Shown: positions 37,872-49,719 of the stretch, one piece after another
How positions within the stretch are numbered: position 1 is the stretch's first letter
How the letters are laid out: every line of letters begins with the position of its first letter
From: Azolla caroliniana
Taxonomy: Eukaryota > Plantae > Polypodiophyta
Reading direction: 5' to 3'
Assembly (NCBI GenBank): GCA_043228905.1
Contig: JBHGNT010000010.1
Location: forward strand, 17,112,001 to 17,176,000
Length of the DNA stretch: 64,000 nt
Made by a program: the position numbers and the translations under genes
Notes under the pieces: generated by a model
The model's database searches: none
Told to the model about the DNA's origin: nothing
What the model saw: only the letters and a program-made list of their open reading frames with translations

Positions 37872-40800
37872 TCATGTGTTCATGACACTATCCCTCCTTC
37901 GAGAACGCCGAGTGGAAGTCGGCGTTAACATTGTTGGTCCGGGCTTGTTTGGATAGTGACGATGGAAGTCGTTGACCAGAGCTTCAGCATTACAAACGTT
38001 ATCAATGGGTTCCCAAGTGTGATCACTCGGAGGATAGCCAAGCCAATCAACTAGATAATAAAGCTTATTGCGCACAATCTTAGAATCGAGAATAGAAGCT
38101 ACCTCGTATTCGGGGCCGTCCACAAGTTGTACAGAAGGCGGTGGTGGCACGACACGATTAGGAATTAAAGAGGTGCGGCAAGGTTCCAAAAGAGAGCGAT
38201 GAAAGACAGGGTGAAGCCGCATATGTGCAGGAAGGTTAAGATGAAATGTTGCATCATTAATCTGCGTCGTGATGACAAAAGGACCTAAGCGTTGATAGTC
38301 AAGCTTAGCACACGGTCGGGTAGTCTTGATGTGACGACGAAGCAACCATACACAGTCACCAACCTTAAACGGAGACGTAAGACGATGTCGATCGGCATTG
38401 GTCTTATGGTGTGCTTGCGCTTTCTGAAGATGTGATGATAACTCAAATTGGATTTGTTGTAGTCGATGGAGGTGATGCGCCGCACTAGGGTTTTGTGACA
38501 CCTCGGGAAGATCCAGTATACACCATCGTGGGTGGTTGCCAGTGTAGGCAAAGAAAGGTGTAACTTTGGTAGAAGAGTGGACCGTGTTGTTGTATGCAAA
38601 CTCGGCAAGATGTAAAATATTACTACAATCATCTTGTTGATAACTAATGAAACATCGAAGATATTGCTCGAGCGTTTGATTTGTGTGCTCTGTTTGTCCG
38701 TCAGTTTGGGGATGATAAGCCAAAGAGAGTTTGCAAGAGATTTTGAGGCCTGCCCATAGGTGCTTCCAAAAGTGTGAGATAAATTGAGGACCTTGATCGC
38801 TAATAATATCATTCAGGAGAGCATGATGGCGAAACACTTCACGCATAATGAGATCTGCAGTTTCTTCACTATTGATGGTCTTTACACATGGTACAAAATG
38901 TGCCATCTTGGTGAACCGATCCACTACTGTTAAAATAGTATCAAAGTCTTTGGAAGGTGGCAGATCCGTAATGAAATCCATAGAAATAGACTGCCATGGC
39001 TTGTTGGGAGGGGGTAATGGTTGTAGTAAGCCATAAGGGTGATGTCGAGGTATTTTGGCGCGACAGCAAGTGTCACAAGTGCGAACATAATCTTCGACAA
39101 ATTTTTGCAAGTGAGGCCACCAAAACGAACGTTTCACCAGCTCAATGGACTTGGAAATACCAAAATGTCCAGGCATGGGGGCATCATGACAATGTTCCAA
39201 CACTTGAAGTTGGGGTGATCCGTCAGGGACGTAAAGGATATTCTTGTAGAAGAGTAAGCCATCTTGCCACTTGAAGTCCTGATAATGTTGAGATGACCCT
39301 GGCAATGTGGAGCAAGATGGACGAGTTGAACCACAATGGGCTAAGACATCCTTAGCGAAATCATCTAAATGAAGTTGTTGCCGAATAGTGTCAAGAAGGG
39401 TAGAATCAAGTGGCGTGGCATAAATTGTTGTTACCTGTAGCTTTGATGGCCCGAGGAGAATTTGCTTTTGATTGTCAAAGGACGGATCTCCAGGTCGAAG
39501 TGCTAGATACGAACGCCGAGACAAAGCATCTGCTTTCCCTTGTTGTTTTCCGGGGCGAAAAATGATCTTGAAATCGAAACGCGTTAGAAATTGGGCCCAC
39601 CGAGCTTGGCGTCTATTTAATACTCGAGTTGTTTGAAAATATGTGAGATTTTTGTGATCACTATAAATGATAATCTGATGAGGTGATCCTTCTAGAAAAT
39701 GACGCCATTGCTCGAATGAGTCGACCACAACTAGTAACTCCTTGTCATGCACCTCATAGTTTATCTCCGAAACAGTAAATTTTCTCGAGTGAAACGCGAC
39801 TGGATGTGTCTGCTCGTCCTCGCCTGGTTGCGAAAGGATACTCCCCAATGCAAAGTCTGATGCATCTGCCTCAATAATAAATGGCTTTTTAGGATCAATA
39901 TGTGCTAGGAAGGGTGCTGATGTGAATGCCTCTTTCAGCTGCGTAAAAGCCTTGTCCGCTTCGATACTCCAAAAAAATGCTTGATTTTTCTTGCTGAGTT
40001 GAGTAAGGGGCAACACAATGCTTGAATAATTATGTATGAATTTGCGATAGAAGTTCGCAAATCTGAGGAAACACTGGACATCCCAAACTGAGCATGGGGG
40101 TTTCCATTCCAATATTGTTTGGACTTTTGTTGGGTCCATGAAAACACCCTAGGATGAAATAGTGTATCCCAAAAATTCGACTTGTTTGCAATCAAAACTG
40201 CATTTCTCAAGTTTGGCATAAAGACCATACTTCCTTAGGCGTTCAAGTACTTGCCGCACATGTATATCATGCTCCCCCTGTGTTTTAGAGTAAATCAATA
40301 GATCATCTAGGTAGATGATTAGAAAAATATCCAAGAAATCCCGGAAGATGTCATTTGCCATATGTTGGAATACTGCAGGTGCATTTGTGAGCCCGAAAGG
40401 CATGACTGTATACTCGAAATGACCATACCGAGTACGAAATGTTGTTTTCCACTCATCTCCCGGCCGAATTCGAACAAGATTATATGCACCCCTTAGATCA
40501 ATTTTGGTAAAATGCTTTGCCCCACCAATGCGTTCTAAGATATTGGAGATTAAAGGTAAAGCATACCTATTCCTTATGGTGACTTTATTTAAGCCTTGAT
40601 AGTCCACGACCAAACGAAGGGAGCCGTCTTTTTTCTTCACAAAAAAGATAGGAGCACCAGCTGGAGACTTTGAATGTCGAATAAACCCATGTGCAAGATT
40701 TTCCTCGATGTATTCTCGAAGAACCTCAATCTCAGTGGGTGATAAATTGTAAATCGGACCCCACGGTGGCTCTTTTCCTGGTTGGAGATCAATAGGACAG

Positions 40801-41534
40801 TCGTACGGCCGATGCTTTGGAAGAACACTAGCTTTGACTTTGTCGAAAACATCAGCATAGTCTTGATATTTTTTGGGAATTTGGATGTCTGAATTCCCTT
40901 GAGTGACACTAGAAGGTGTCACTGATACTGCCAATAAGAAAAGCTCCTCCTTGCCTCCCACTTGGCACAATTGTTGCAATGTGATGGTTGAAATTTGATG
41001 AGAAGGATATGGTGCATCGGTAGAACTATATACTTTAGGAAGATAATCCCGAGTTCGATCCTTGACAATGATATTTTCCACTAAAGGGCACCTAATTTCT
41101 CGCTTCCTCCAATCGATTCTAGGGTTATGTAGCTCGAACCATGGCAAACCGAGGACAATTGGATGCTCAGGACTACGGATTATGTTAAAGGAAACTACAC
41201 ATCCTAAATCACCCAAGAGTATGTGTATTGGCTCAGACTCTTCAAATATCTTCCTGGAAGCTATGGGGCGTCCATCAATCACTACTACAGAAACTGGACA
41301 AGGAAGTGTATGCAAGGATATTTGGTGTTTTAGGGCAAAATCTCTATCCATGAAACAAGAATTGGCTCCAGTATCTAAGAGGGCTTGGACTTGAAGTTGA
41401 CAACTGGGTGTCCTAACTTGTACTAGGGTTGAGAAGACTCTACTGACATGCTTGGAAGAAATGGAACCCACACTAGGTTGTACATATCTAGGGTTGTCCA
41501 ACCAAATGGCTCCTATTTTGGCCGGACTTATTCG
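37872..41534 (-). pseudogene. pol: Chromovirus pol: protease-RT-RNase H-integrase-chromodomain, one in-frame stop at about 40149
   Basis: ALLDTGA, MPFGLTNAP, YLDD, EADASDF, HCHD...GHFG...CDTC, SMDF/ISDQG, and a C-terminal chromodomain EYEVASILDSK...YYLVDWLGYPPSDHTWEP. Confidence 0.92.
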
Positions 41535-42691
41535 TTTGACTCCTCTTCTAATTCGCTTAGGACTTCAAATTTATTGGACAAGGGTGGATTATTCATAATA
41601 TTAGATTCACTAACTATTTCTAAAATGTTGGACTCATTTTTATTGTCATAGTGAATTTGATTTTCCTGACGTCTCGGCCTACGGGAGCAATGAATGGCTA
41701 TATGTCCTGGATCTCCGCAATATAAGCATAGATGGTTTGCTCGACGACGTTGCTTCTCTTCGTCTGACAACGGTCCTCGTCGTTGAGTCATATCGATCTC
41801 CATGGGTGCAGGACTATCCATTGGGATTGGACTACGTGTTTGCCTTGGAGATGGAGCAGGGCTATACATTTGCCTTGGGGATGATTATGCCATTACTGAT
41901 GCATAAGTTGGTGTGAATCTTGATCTTGTTATTTGTTGTTGTCGCTCACATCGACGCTCAAAAAGGCGATTATCACACCATATTGCTCGACTAATAGCTT
42001 CTGTAAGTGACCTTGGATCCTTGGGGAAGGTAAGAAGTAAGTCTTTGACATCACTATGAAGGCTTGAACGGAATTGCTCCATTAGGGCTTGTTCATCCCA
42101 AGGAATATCGCTTGCGATGAGACGGAAATTGGCAGCATATGTCGAAGCTGGTTGATCACCTTGACGAAGTGTACGAATCTTGTTGATAGTTGTTCTCGCC
42201 CCATCAGTATCTCCGAAACAAGCCTTAAATTCCTTGATAAATTCCTCGAAATTATTCAATAGAGGAGAATTGGTCTCTAGCAATGGAGCAAACCACGACA
42301 ACGCTATGCCAGTCAATAAGGTGCCCACTAGCTCGACACGTGATGCATCTGTTGGATAACGCGCGGGATGCATTTGAATCACCAACCGTACTTGATTCAA
42401 GAAACCTCGGAAATGCGCCCTCGACTCATCAAATTTAGCTGGGAGGCTAATTTTGGGCTCCTTGATAAGTCCCTGACCTTCAACCCTTTGTTGTTGTAAC
42501 ACTACGATTGTCGACTCTAATTGTTGCACTCGTCGCATGAACTCCTCTTGTTGTTGTTGCTTCTCTATAGTAACCTTTTGTAGATCCCCAAGTAGACGTT
42601 GATTCTCTACTTCAAGAGATGCGAACTTGGATTTAAGGTTCTCCATTTCTGCAACAAGGGAGAGATATTCTTCTGAGTTAATGGCAACCAT
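41528..42691 (-). pseudogene. gag: Chromovirus gag (coiled coil, capsid, CCHC), one in-frame stop at 41887-41885
   Basis: EPKISLPAKFD...FLNQ..., LRQG...YAANF, PMEID, CLYCGDPGHIAIHC. Confidence 0.88.
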
Positions 42692-42716
42692 GGTTTCAAG
42701 ATGGTTACAAAGGAGG

Positions 42717-42762
<46 letters not shown>

Positions 42763-44902
42763 GAATCAAATTGTCAGAACCAAGGATAAAAGATAGAGTG
42801 ATGGAAGAAGGATATTAGAGAACATGAGAAGAAAGGAACGAAATACTAAGAGAAGAATGGATGTATAAGATAGAGAAAGAAAGAGAATGGATACAAGATA
42901 TGTAATGAGAGCTAAAGTCTGGTGTTGATTCGAATTGATTTGAGAATACATGTATGCCCTTATTTATAGGTTCCTATAGAATAGCTTAGAGATTTCTAGA
43001 ATGTTCTAGACCTAGAATGCTCTAGGACATTCTAGAACATTCTAGAATAATCTAGAGGTTTTACAATAATCAATGTAATGCAAGAAGTAGCTTTTATTGT
43101 TTCATATAACAATAAGCTATCTTAATGGTTGAGGTTTTCAAGTATGGATTACAAGGTTCGAGGTTCAAGTTTGGGTGACGCCATAATGGTCATGTGTTCA
43201 TGACAGATGCCACGAGCTATTTGGAGGCTTACCGAGCCGAAATGGTGATGAGGGACATCCCGGAGGACAGGCGATTGGCCGGATTCCCTTGAGTGGTGAT
43301 GCCAGGCATCCACGGGGAGGTGCTTGAGGTACGGGCTGAGAGTCGAACCTGGGAAGAGTTTGAAGGTCGGCTCCTTGAAAAATACGGGCTTGATGACGCG
43401 CTTCGGCTATCGAAGGGGGACTTCATGGAATGGGTGGAGACCCCTAAAAAGGGGAGAAACGCGTCGGTGCTCCTTCGGGAGTTTGAAGAACGCTTCGCAC
43501 GTCTTTCGGCGTTGGACCGGACCGTACTGGACACAAGTCGTGTCCTATTGTTCGTTAAATCGGTGGACGTAAGGGACTGGGAGCAAGTGGGCTTCTTGCT
43601 GGAGACCGATGAAGGCCTAACAACCGACTGGGCCGTGGTTAAGAGAGTCTGTGGCCGTTTTGACAAACGGCATGAGTGGGTCGATAAAGGCTTGACGGGG
43701 GTGGGTTCTGTTGCGACAAGGATGGTCGAGGTACCCCCACCGACGCGAAGGGAACTAGCTCGAGACCGGCTCGACTTCGACCGGTGTGGTCAAAGGCTCA
43801 TCCGGAGGAGCGGATCTGGAGGAGCTGACTCATATGGTGAGGGACCTCTAGATTGCACAAGAACGGAGGGACGGCGACGAATAAGTTCTTGACCGAAGGC
43901 CTCCGGCTGGGAACCGATGCTTGTGGTGCGACGAGGTCGGCCACGCCCGTAAGGACTGTGGGGACTTCGCCGAAGCGGTAAGAGCTAACGTGGTGTACCT
44001 ATGGAACGGTTGAGTGCACGCTAGCGAGACCCGAAGGGCCCTGGATCTTAATGTCGAACGAGGGGTTATGAAACGACTGATGGAAGAAGCGGCGGCTCGC
44101 AACACGGAGACCGTCCACTACTTGGCATCGGCTGGAATCTGGGTTGGAAGTGATGAAGTCCGGAAGACGAAGGAAGCCGGATTCTGGCTGTTGATGCTGG
44201 AAGGCCTCGTTGGCGTACGGCTGAGGAAAGAGGAAGCGGACCACGCGGAAAGACGGGTCCGGGAGGCAACCGGGTGGAGTGACCCGGTCGAACAGAAGAC
44301 TGGCTTCGTTGAAGCCGCTTGCAAAACTACGAGGCTCTGGTGGAGGACAAGCGTGCGGGTAAGACCGGAGGGGCCGGACCCTCACAACGATATGAGACCC
44401 GGTTCGGGCAAAAGCAGAATGATGCCGGTGCGACCGGCACACCAGATAAAGCCAAGAGGGTCGGGTACCGATTGAGCACGGAGATCGAGAGGACTACGGA
44501 CCTACGAAAAGTCCTCGAGGAACGTATCCTCGACAACAAAGTGGAGTTGTCATTGAGGGAAGTGCTCGGAATCGCCAAGAAGGAGTTCCACGACTCCATC
44601 GTGGACTTGGTGAAGCGGAAAAGGCTTTCGACAGAGCCGGAGTAGGAGAAGCCAACGGAGGTACGAACGACGCACCTAGAAGACATGGCTCTAGAAGACA
44701 GTTGGCGGAGAGCCACTATTCAAGGCCACATTCGGCTAGAGCAACCACGGAGACCCCCGTTAGGATCGGAGATGTTCAGGAGCTGGTGGTGGCGTTGGTG
44801 GACCACAGTTCAGAAATCAACTTGATGTCCATGGACTTCTACAAGAAGGGGAAGTGGCCGATCAACACCAAGCACGGGTGGAAAATACGGGTAGCAACGC
44901 GC

Positions 44903-46925
44903 TGTCGCGTTGTTACGCGCATGCGTGGAGAAACGAGGCGGGACCACCGGGGTCTTGAACCGAAGAGCAGGTGATAGGAGGGGAAAGAGAAAGAGAGAGA
45001 CGACCGGTAACGTATGAGCAAAGAAACACAGGGACACGGCCCGTCAACGCAGAAAACACGAATGGACACAGAGACAGAGAGACACGAATGTTTGTATATT
45101 AACAAATGACACAAAACAACAGAGCACGCGAGCGGTTACAACCGAACAGGCCGGCGAACAGATGTCGATGCCTGCTCTTCTGCGCACGAAGGGGGATAGG
45201 ATGGAGGTGCTGCCGGAAGCATACGGGCATTCCTCGAAGCAGCGCGAGCCTCCCGAAATCCTGCAGAGAAGAGTGATGGAGAATGAACAGAGGAGAAGCA
45301 TTTGGTTACAGTCCGACATCACTTCGTCCTCCTCAATGCGCGATCCCTTTCTCCCCGCGCCTCCCTCTCTTTTATAGCTCCAAGAAGGGAGCCGCTTCCC
45401 TCATTAACTTCCTACCTACCGAATCTAACTACCTAGGATATACCTTTGTACCTAATCCTTTATTATATACATTAGAGGGCGCGCACGCGTGAAGAGCCGG
45501 TTCGCGCGCGCTATACACCGATTGCGCTAAGGGACAGTTTTCTTCACGACATCCGCCCCCACCTAACTACGCATCCACCGGTATGCGCCAAAATTGGGTT
45601 CTGGTTTGGAGAAAACTGGTCCGGGTTCCGGTTACTCGTTCATCGGTTCCTCCTCCGTTCCGGACTGTTCGTCGTCGCTGTCTAGGCCTCTTACATCCGG
45701 TTCGCCGTCGTGGCGCTTCTTGAACGCCTTGATCCGCTTCCCTGCTACCCGTACCGCCATCCTCGTACCGTCGAGTTCCGCCAGGTGATACGTCCCGTTG
45801 TCGTTGGCGCTCGTTACCACGTAAGGTCCAAACCACTGCTTTGCAAATTTCCGTGTTGCCCGGTGCTGGTTGTCGAGGCTGCTGTCGTAGACTAGCACCC
45901 AGTCGCCTTCCTCGATTTTCTTTGGTCGGAGCCGGTGCGTTCGGTTGAACCGGGCTTTGTTCCTCATCCTCGACGCCCGAAGTCTCTCCGCCGCTTGTTC
46001 CACGTCCCTTGGCCTCCGCTCGAGCTGCCGTATACGCGCCGCTAGCAGTTCTTCCCGGCCCATCTCGTCTCTCCAATCCACTGTCGCCCAAGAGGAGATC
46101 GTCCGTTCCATCGACATGATCGGCTTCTGTCCGAACATGAGCTCTGACGGCATGAACCTGGTTACCGAACTGTGCGTTGTCCTGTCCGCCCACAATGCAT
46201 AAGGTAACAGTCGTGGCCAATTCCCGACCTGGCCTCCGAATGCCCGGACTATCGCTTTGACGATCGGTCCGTGTCCGCGCTCCACCTTCCCGTTCGCCTC
46301 CGGATTGTATGCTGTGGTGAGCGAGAGCTTGACCCCTATCCGGTCGAACAGCTCTTCGGCCTCTTCGGCGTCCAACTCCCCGCGGTCAGCCACGATCTTC
46401 CTGAGCACCCGTACCGGCATATCACGTCCTCGATCAGGAACCGACACATGGCCGCGGTCGTTTTGTTCTGCAAGGCTTGGCCTTCCACCTGGTTCGTCAG
46501 GTCCTCCCGTGCCAGCACCAGATATCGCATCTGCCCTACACCCATCGGTATCGTCACCAAATCTACCATCCATTTGAAGTGGATGGCCGGAGGGTATGTA
46601 GGGTGAAGCTCGTCCCGATGTCAGACTATGGAGTGTATCTGACAGCTCTCACAAGTTGTCACAAACCGATGCACGTCCCGGTACAGTCCCGGCCACCAGT
46701 ACTTCCCCTTTAGTTTCTCGAACGTGGCCCACGTCCCACGGTGTCCAACCCAGGGGCTGTCGTGGTAGGCCTTCAGCAACTCCTCCTGTTCCTCCTTCAT
46801 CGCCACTACTCGGAGCGGGATGTCGTTTCTCTTCTTCGGGTGCTTCCACAAGTATCCGTCCCGGAGAAAGAATCGATACACTTTCTTCCGGATCCAGTTG
46901 GCCTCGTCCTTTGTCCATGACACGT
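44903..46925 (-). mobile_element. Element G: 3' remnant (integrase + PPT + 3' LTR 45551-44903) of the Trp-primed family, inserted antisense in the protease of F
   Basis: LTR closely related to the 3' LTR of E; integrase ORFs 45632-46925; flank GCGC; 5' part missing. Confidence 0.88.
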
Positions 46926-47592
46926 TGTCGTGAAGAAAACCGTCCACAAGCGGAATCGGTGCACCGGAGCGTAGGAACCGGCTCTTCATGCACGTGCGCC
47001 TTATGTTGTACATAGAAGATCCTAGGTAGGTAGATTCGGTAGGTAGGAAGTTAACGGGAAACGGCTCCTTCCTTGCCTATAAAAGGAGGGAGACGAGGGG
47101 GGGGGAAGGGATCGCGGTTAAGGAGGACGAAGTGTTGTCGGGTTGTCGGCCGAAGACTTCTCTCTCTTCCAAACTCCATAGCTTCTTTCTGTGCAGGTTT
47201 CGGGAGGCTCGCGCTGCTCTGAGGAATGCCCGAGTACTTCCGGCAGCACCTCCAACCTACTCCTTTCTTTTTGTGCGTTTACGAACAGGCATCGGCATCT
47301 GTTCGCCGGCCTATTCAGTTGAAACCGACTTCGTGCTTCTTGTTGTTTGTCCTTGTTAATATATATATACATACATTCGTGTCTCTCGGCGTCGGTGTCC
47401 CACTCGCGTCTTTGTGTCGAGGGCCGTATCCCTGAGAATCTGCGCTCGCACGTAGTGGGTCTCTTCCCTTCTCCTTTCTCTCTTGCTTTTCGGTGCAAGA
47501 CCCCCGAGGTCCCGCCTTATTTCACGCATCCGCGAGGAATACCTCGACATCTTGGTGAACCCGACGTGAAGGAGGCGGCAGAAGAGCATAAG

Positions 47593-49719
47593 ATGAAGGG
47601 GTCAGATCTTGCGGAGGCCATGGCTTCAGCCGTGAATCGGATATTGATCGCGCACGAGGGCACAGGCGCCCTCGACAGAGCCATTGAGGTGGTCGTCGGT
47701 AGGATCGGCCAGTTCAGCGGAAAGGATGCTACGAAGTATTTGGCGTCCTACGGGGCAGAAATGCTAATGCGGGACATTCCGGAAGAGAGGCGTCTTGCCG
47801 GGTTCCCTCGAGTGGCGATGCCGAGCATCCATGCGGAGGTGCTCGAGGTACGGGCGGAGAGCCGTACCTGGGAGGAGTTCGAAGTCTGACTCCTAGAAAA
47901 ATACGGGCTGGACGACACGCTCCGGCTTTCCAAACGGGACTTCATGGAATGGGTGGAGTCCCCCGGCAAGGGAAGAAACGCGTCGGCACTCCTCCGGGAG
48001 TTTGAGGAACGCTTTGCGCGCCTTTCGGCGCTTGACCGAACCGTTCTGGATATGAGCCGGGTCCTACTATTCGTCAAGTCGGTGGACAAGCGGGACCGGG
48101 ATCAAGTCGGCTCCTTGCTAGAAACCGAAGACGGGCTGACGACCGACTGGGCTGCGGTTAAGAGAGTCTGCGGCCGTTTCGACAAACGGCGAGAATGGGC
48201 TGACAACGGGGCGACCGGAGAGGGCTCTGTCACAGCAAGGAGGCTTGAACCGGCACCACAAGGGCGAAGGGCAGAAGCCCGGGAGTGGCTCGAAACCGGG
48301 TCGGCTCCGACCGGCATGGTCAATGACTCGTCTGGAGGAGCAGCGCTGGAGGAGTTGACGCGGGCGATAAAGGATCTCCAGATCGCCCAGACTCGAAGGG
48401 AAGGCGGCGAACCAGCTCGTGACCGACGGCCGGCAGCAGGGAACAGGTGCATCTGGTGCGACGAGGTTGGCCACATTCGGAAGGACTGCGGCGATTTCGC
48501 AGAGGCGTTGAGGAACCGGATGGTGTACCTATGGGAAGGTCGGGTGCACGCCAGCGATACCAGAAGGGCCCTAAACCGGAACGATGGGCGAGGAGGTATG
48601 AAGAGACTGATGGAAGAGGCAGCGGCCCGACACGTGGAGGCCATCCACTACTCGGCGTCGGCCGGTATTCGGGTCGGGGGCAGCGAGGCCCGAAAGGAGA
48701 GCAAAGACGGATTCTGGTCGGCAATGCTGGAAGGCCTCGCCGGCGCACGGCTGAGGAAAGATGAAGCGGACCGCGCTGAGAGACGGGTCCGGGAAATAAA
48801 CGGGTGGAGCGACCCGGTCGAGGAGAAGACGGGGTTCGTAGAAGCCGCCTACCGGAACTACGAGGCTCTGGTAGAAGACAACCGAGTGGGGAAAGCCGGA
48901 GCGGTCGGGCCCTCACAGCGATACGAGACCCGATTCGGGCAACGACGGAACGAAGCCGGTGGGTCCAGCGCGCAAGATAACCCCAGGAAGGGCGGATACC
49001 AACTGGGGACGGAAATAGAAAGGACCACGGACCTACGAAATGTCCTAGAAGAACGGATCCTCAACAGCAAAGTGGAGCTGTCATTACGGGAGGTGCTAGG
49101 GATCGCCAAGAAGGAGTTCCACGACTCCATTGTGGACCTGGTGAAACGGAAGAGGCTGTCGACGGAGACGGAACCGGAAAGACTGGTGGAGGTGCGGACG
49201 ATGCACATCGACGACATGGCGCTGGAAGATGAGTGGGCGGAGAGCCACTATTCAAGGCCGCACTGGGCCCGAGCGACCACGGAGACCCCGGTAAAGATCG
49301 GAGATGTTCAGGAACCGGTGGTGGCATTGGTGGACCACGGTTCGGAAATAAACCTAATGTCCATGGACTTCTATAAGAAGGGAAAGTGGCCGATCAACAC
49401 CAAGCACGGGTGGAAGATACGGGCGGCGACACACGCCACCGAGGAACTGCACGGGGCCTGCCCGAACGTGCGAGTCAAGATCGGCGACGTCGAGATTGAC
49501 CAGCACTTCTTCGTACAGGAGACATCCTCGCACCCGGTCATATTAGGGGAACCATACATCACGGCGGCGCGAATGGAGACCAAGGTGCTGGACAACGGTT
49601 CGGCCTACGCGAGGGTCAAAAGCCAGGACGGGCGCCATTCGGTCCAATTTCTGACGGTGCGGCCGAACCACGAGTGGAACCGCGAATCCCTCGGTGGCGA
49701 GAACCGGGAGGATTTTTAG
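47593..49719 (+). pseudogene. gag-pro: Element H ORF1 gag-protease, single premature stop at 47887
   Basis: CIWCDEVGHIRKDC; LSLREVLGIAKKEFH linker; ALVDHGSEINLM; ends ...ENREDF*. Confidence 0.9.

Larger units (their letters stand above)
37454..43205 (-). mobile_element. Chromovirus (Tcn1/Tf1-type Ty3/gypsy), young and near-intact. LTRs 42772-43205 (5') and 37454-37887 (3'), 434 bp each
   Basis: TG...CA LTRs with about 4 differences; 5-bp TSD GATGT/GATGC; PPT GAAGGAGGGATAG at 37900-37888; no tRNA-type PBS. Confidence 0.95.
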
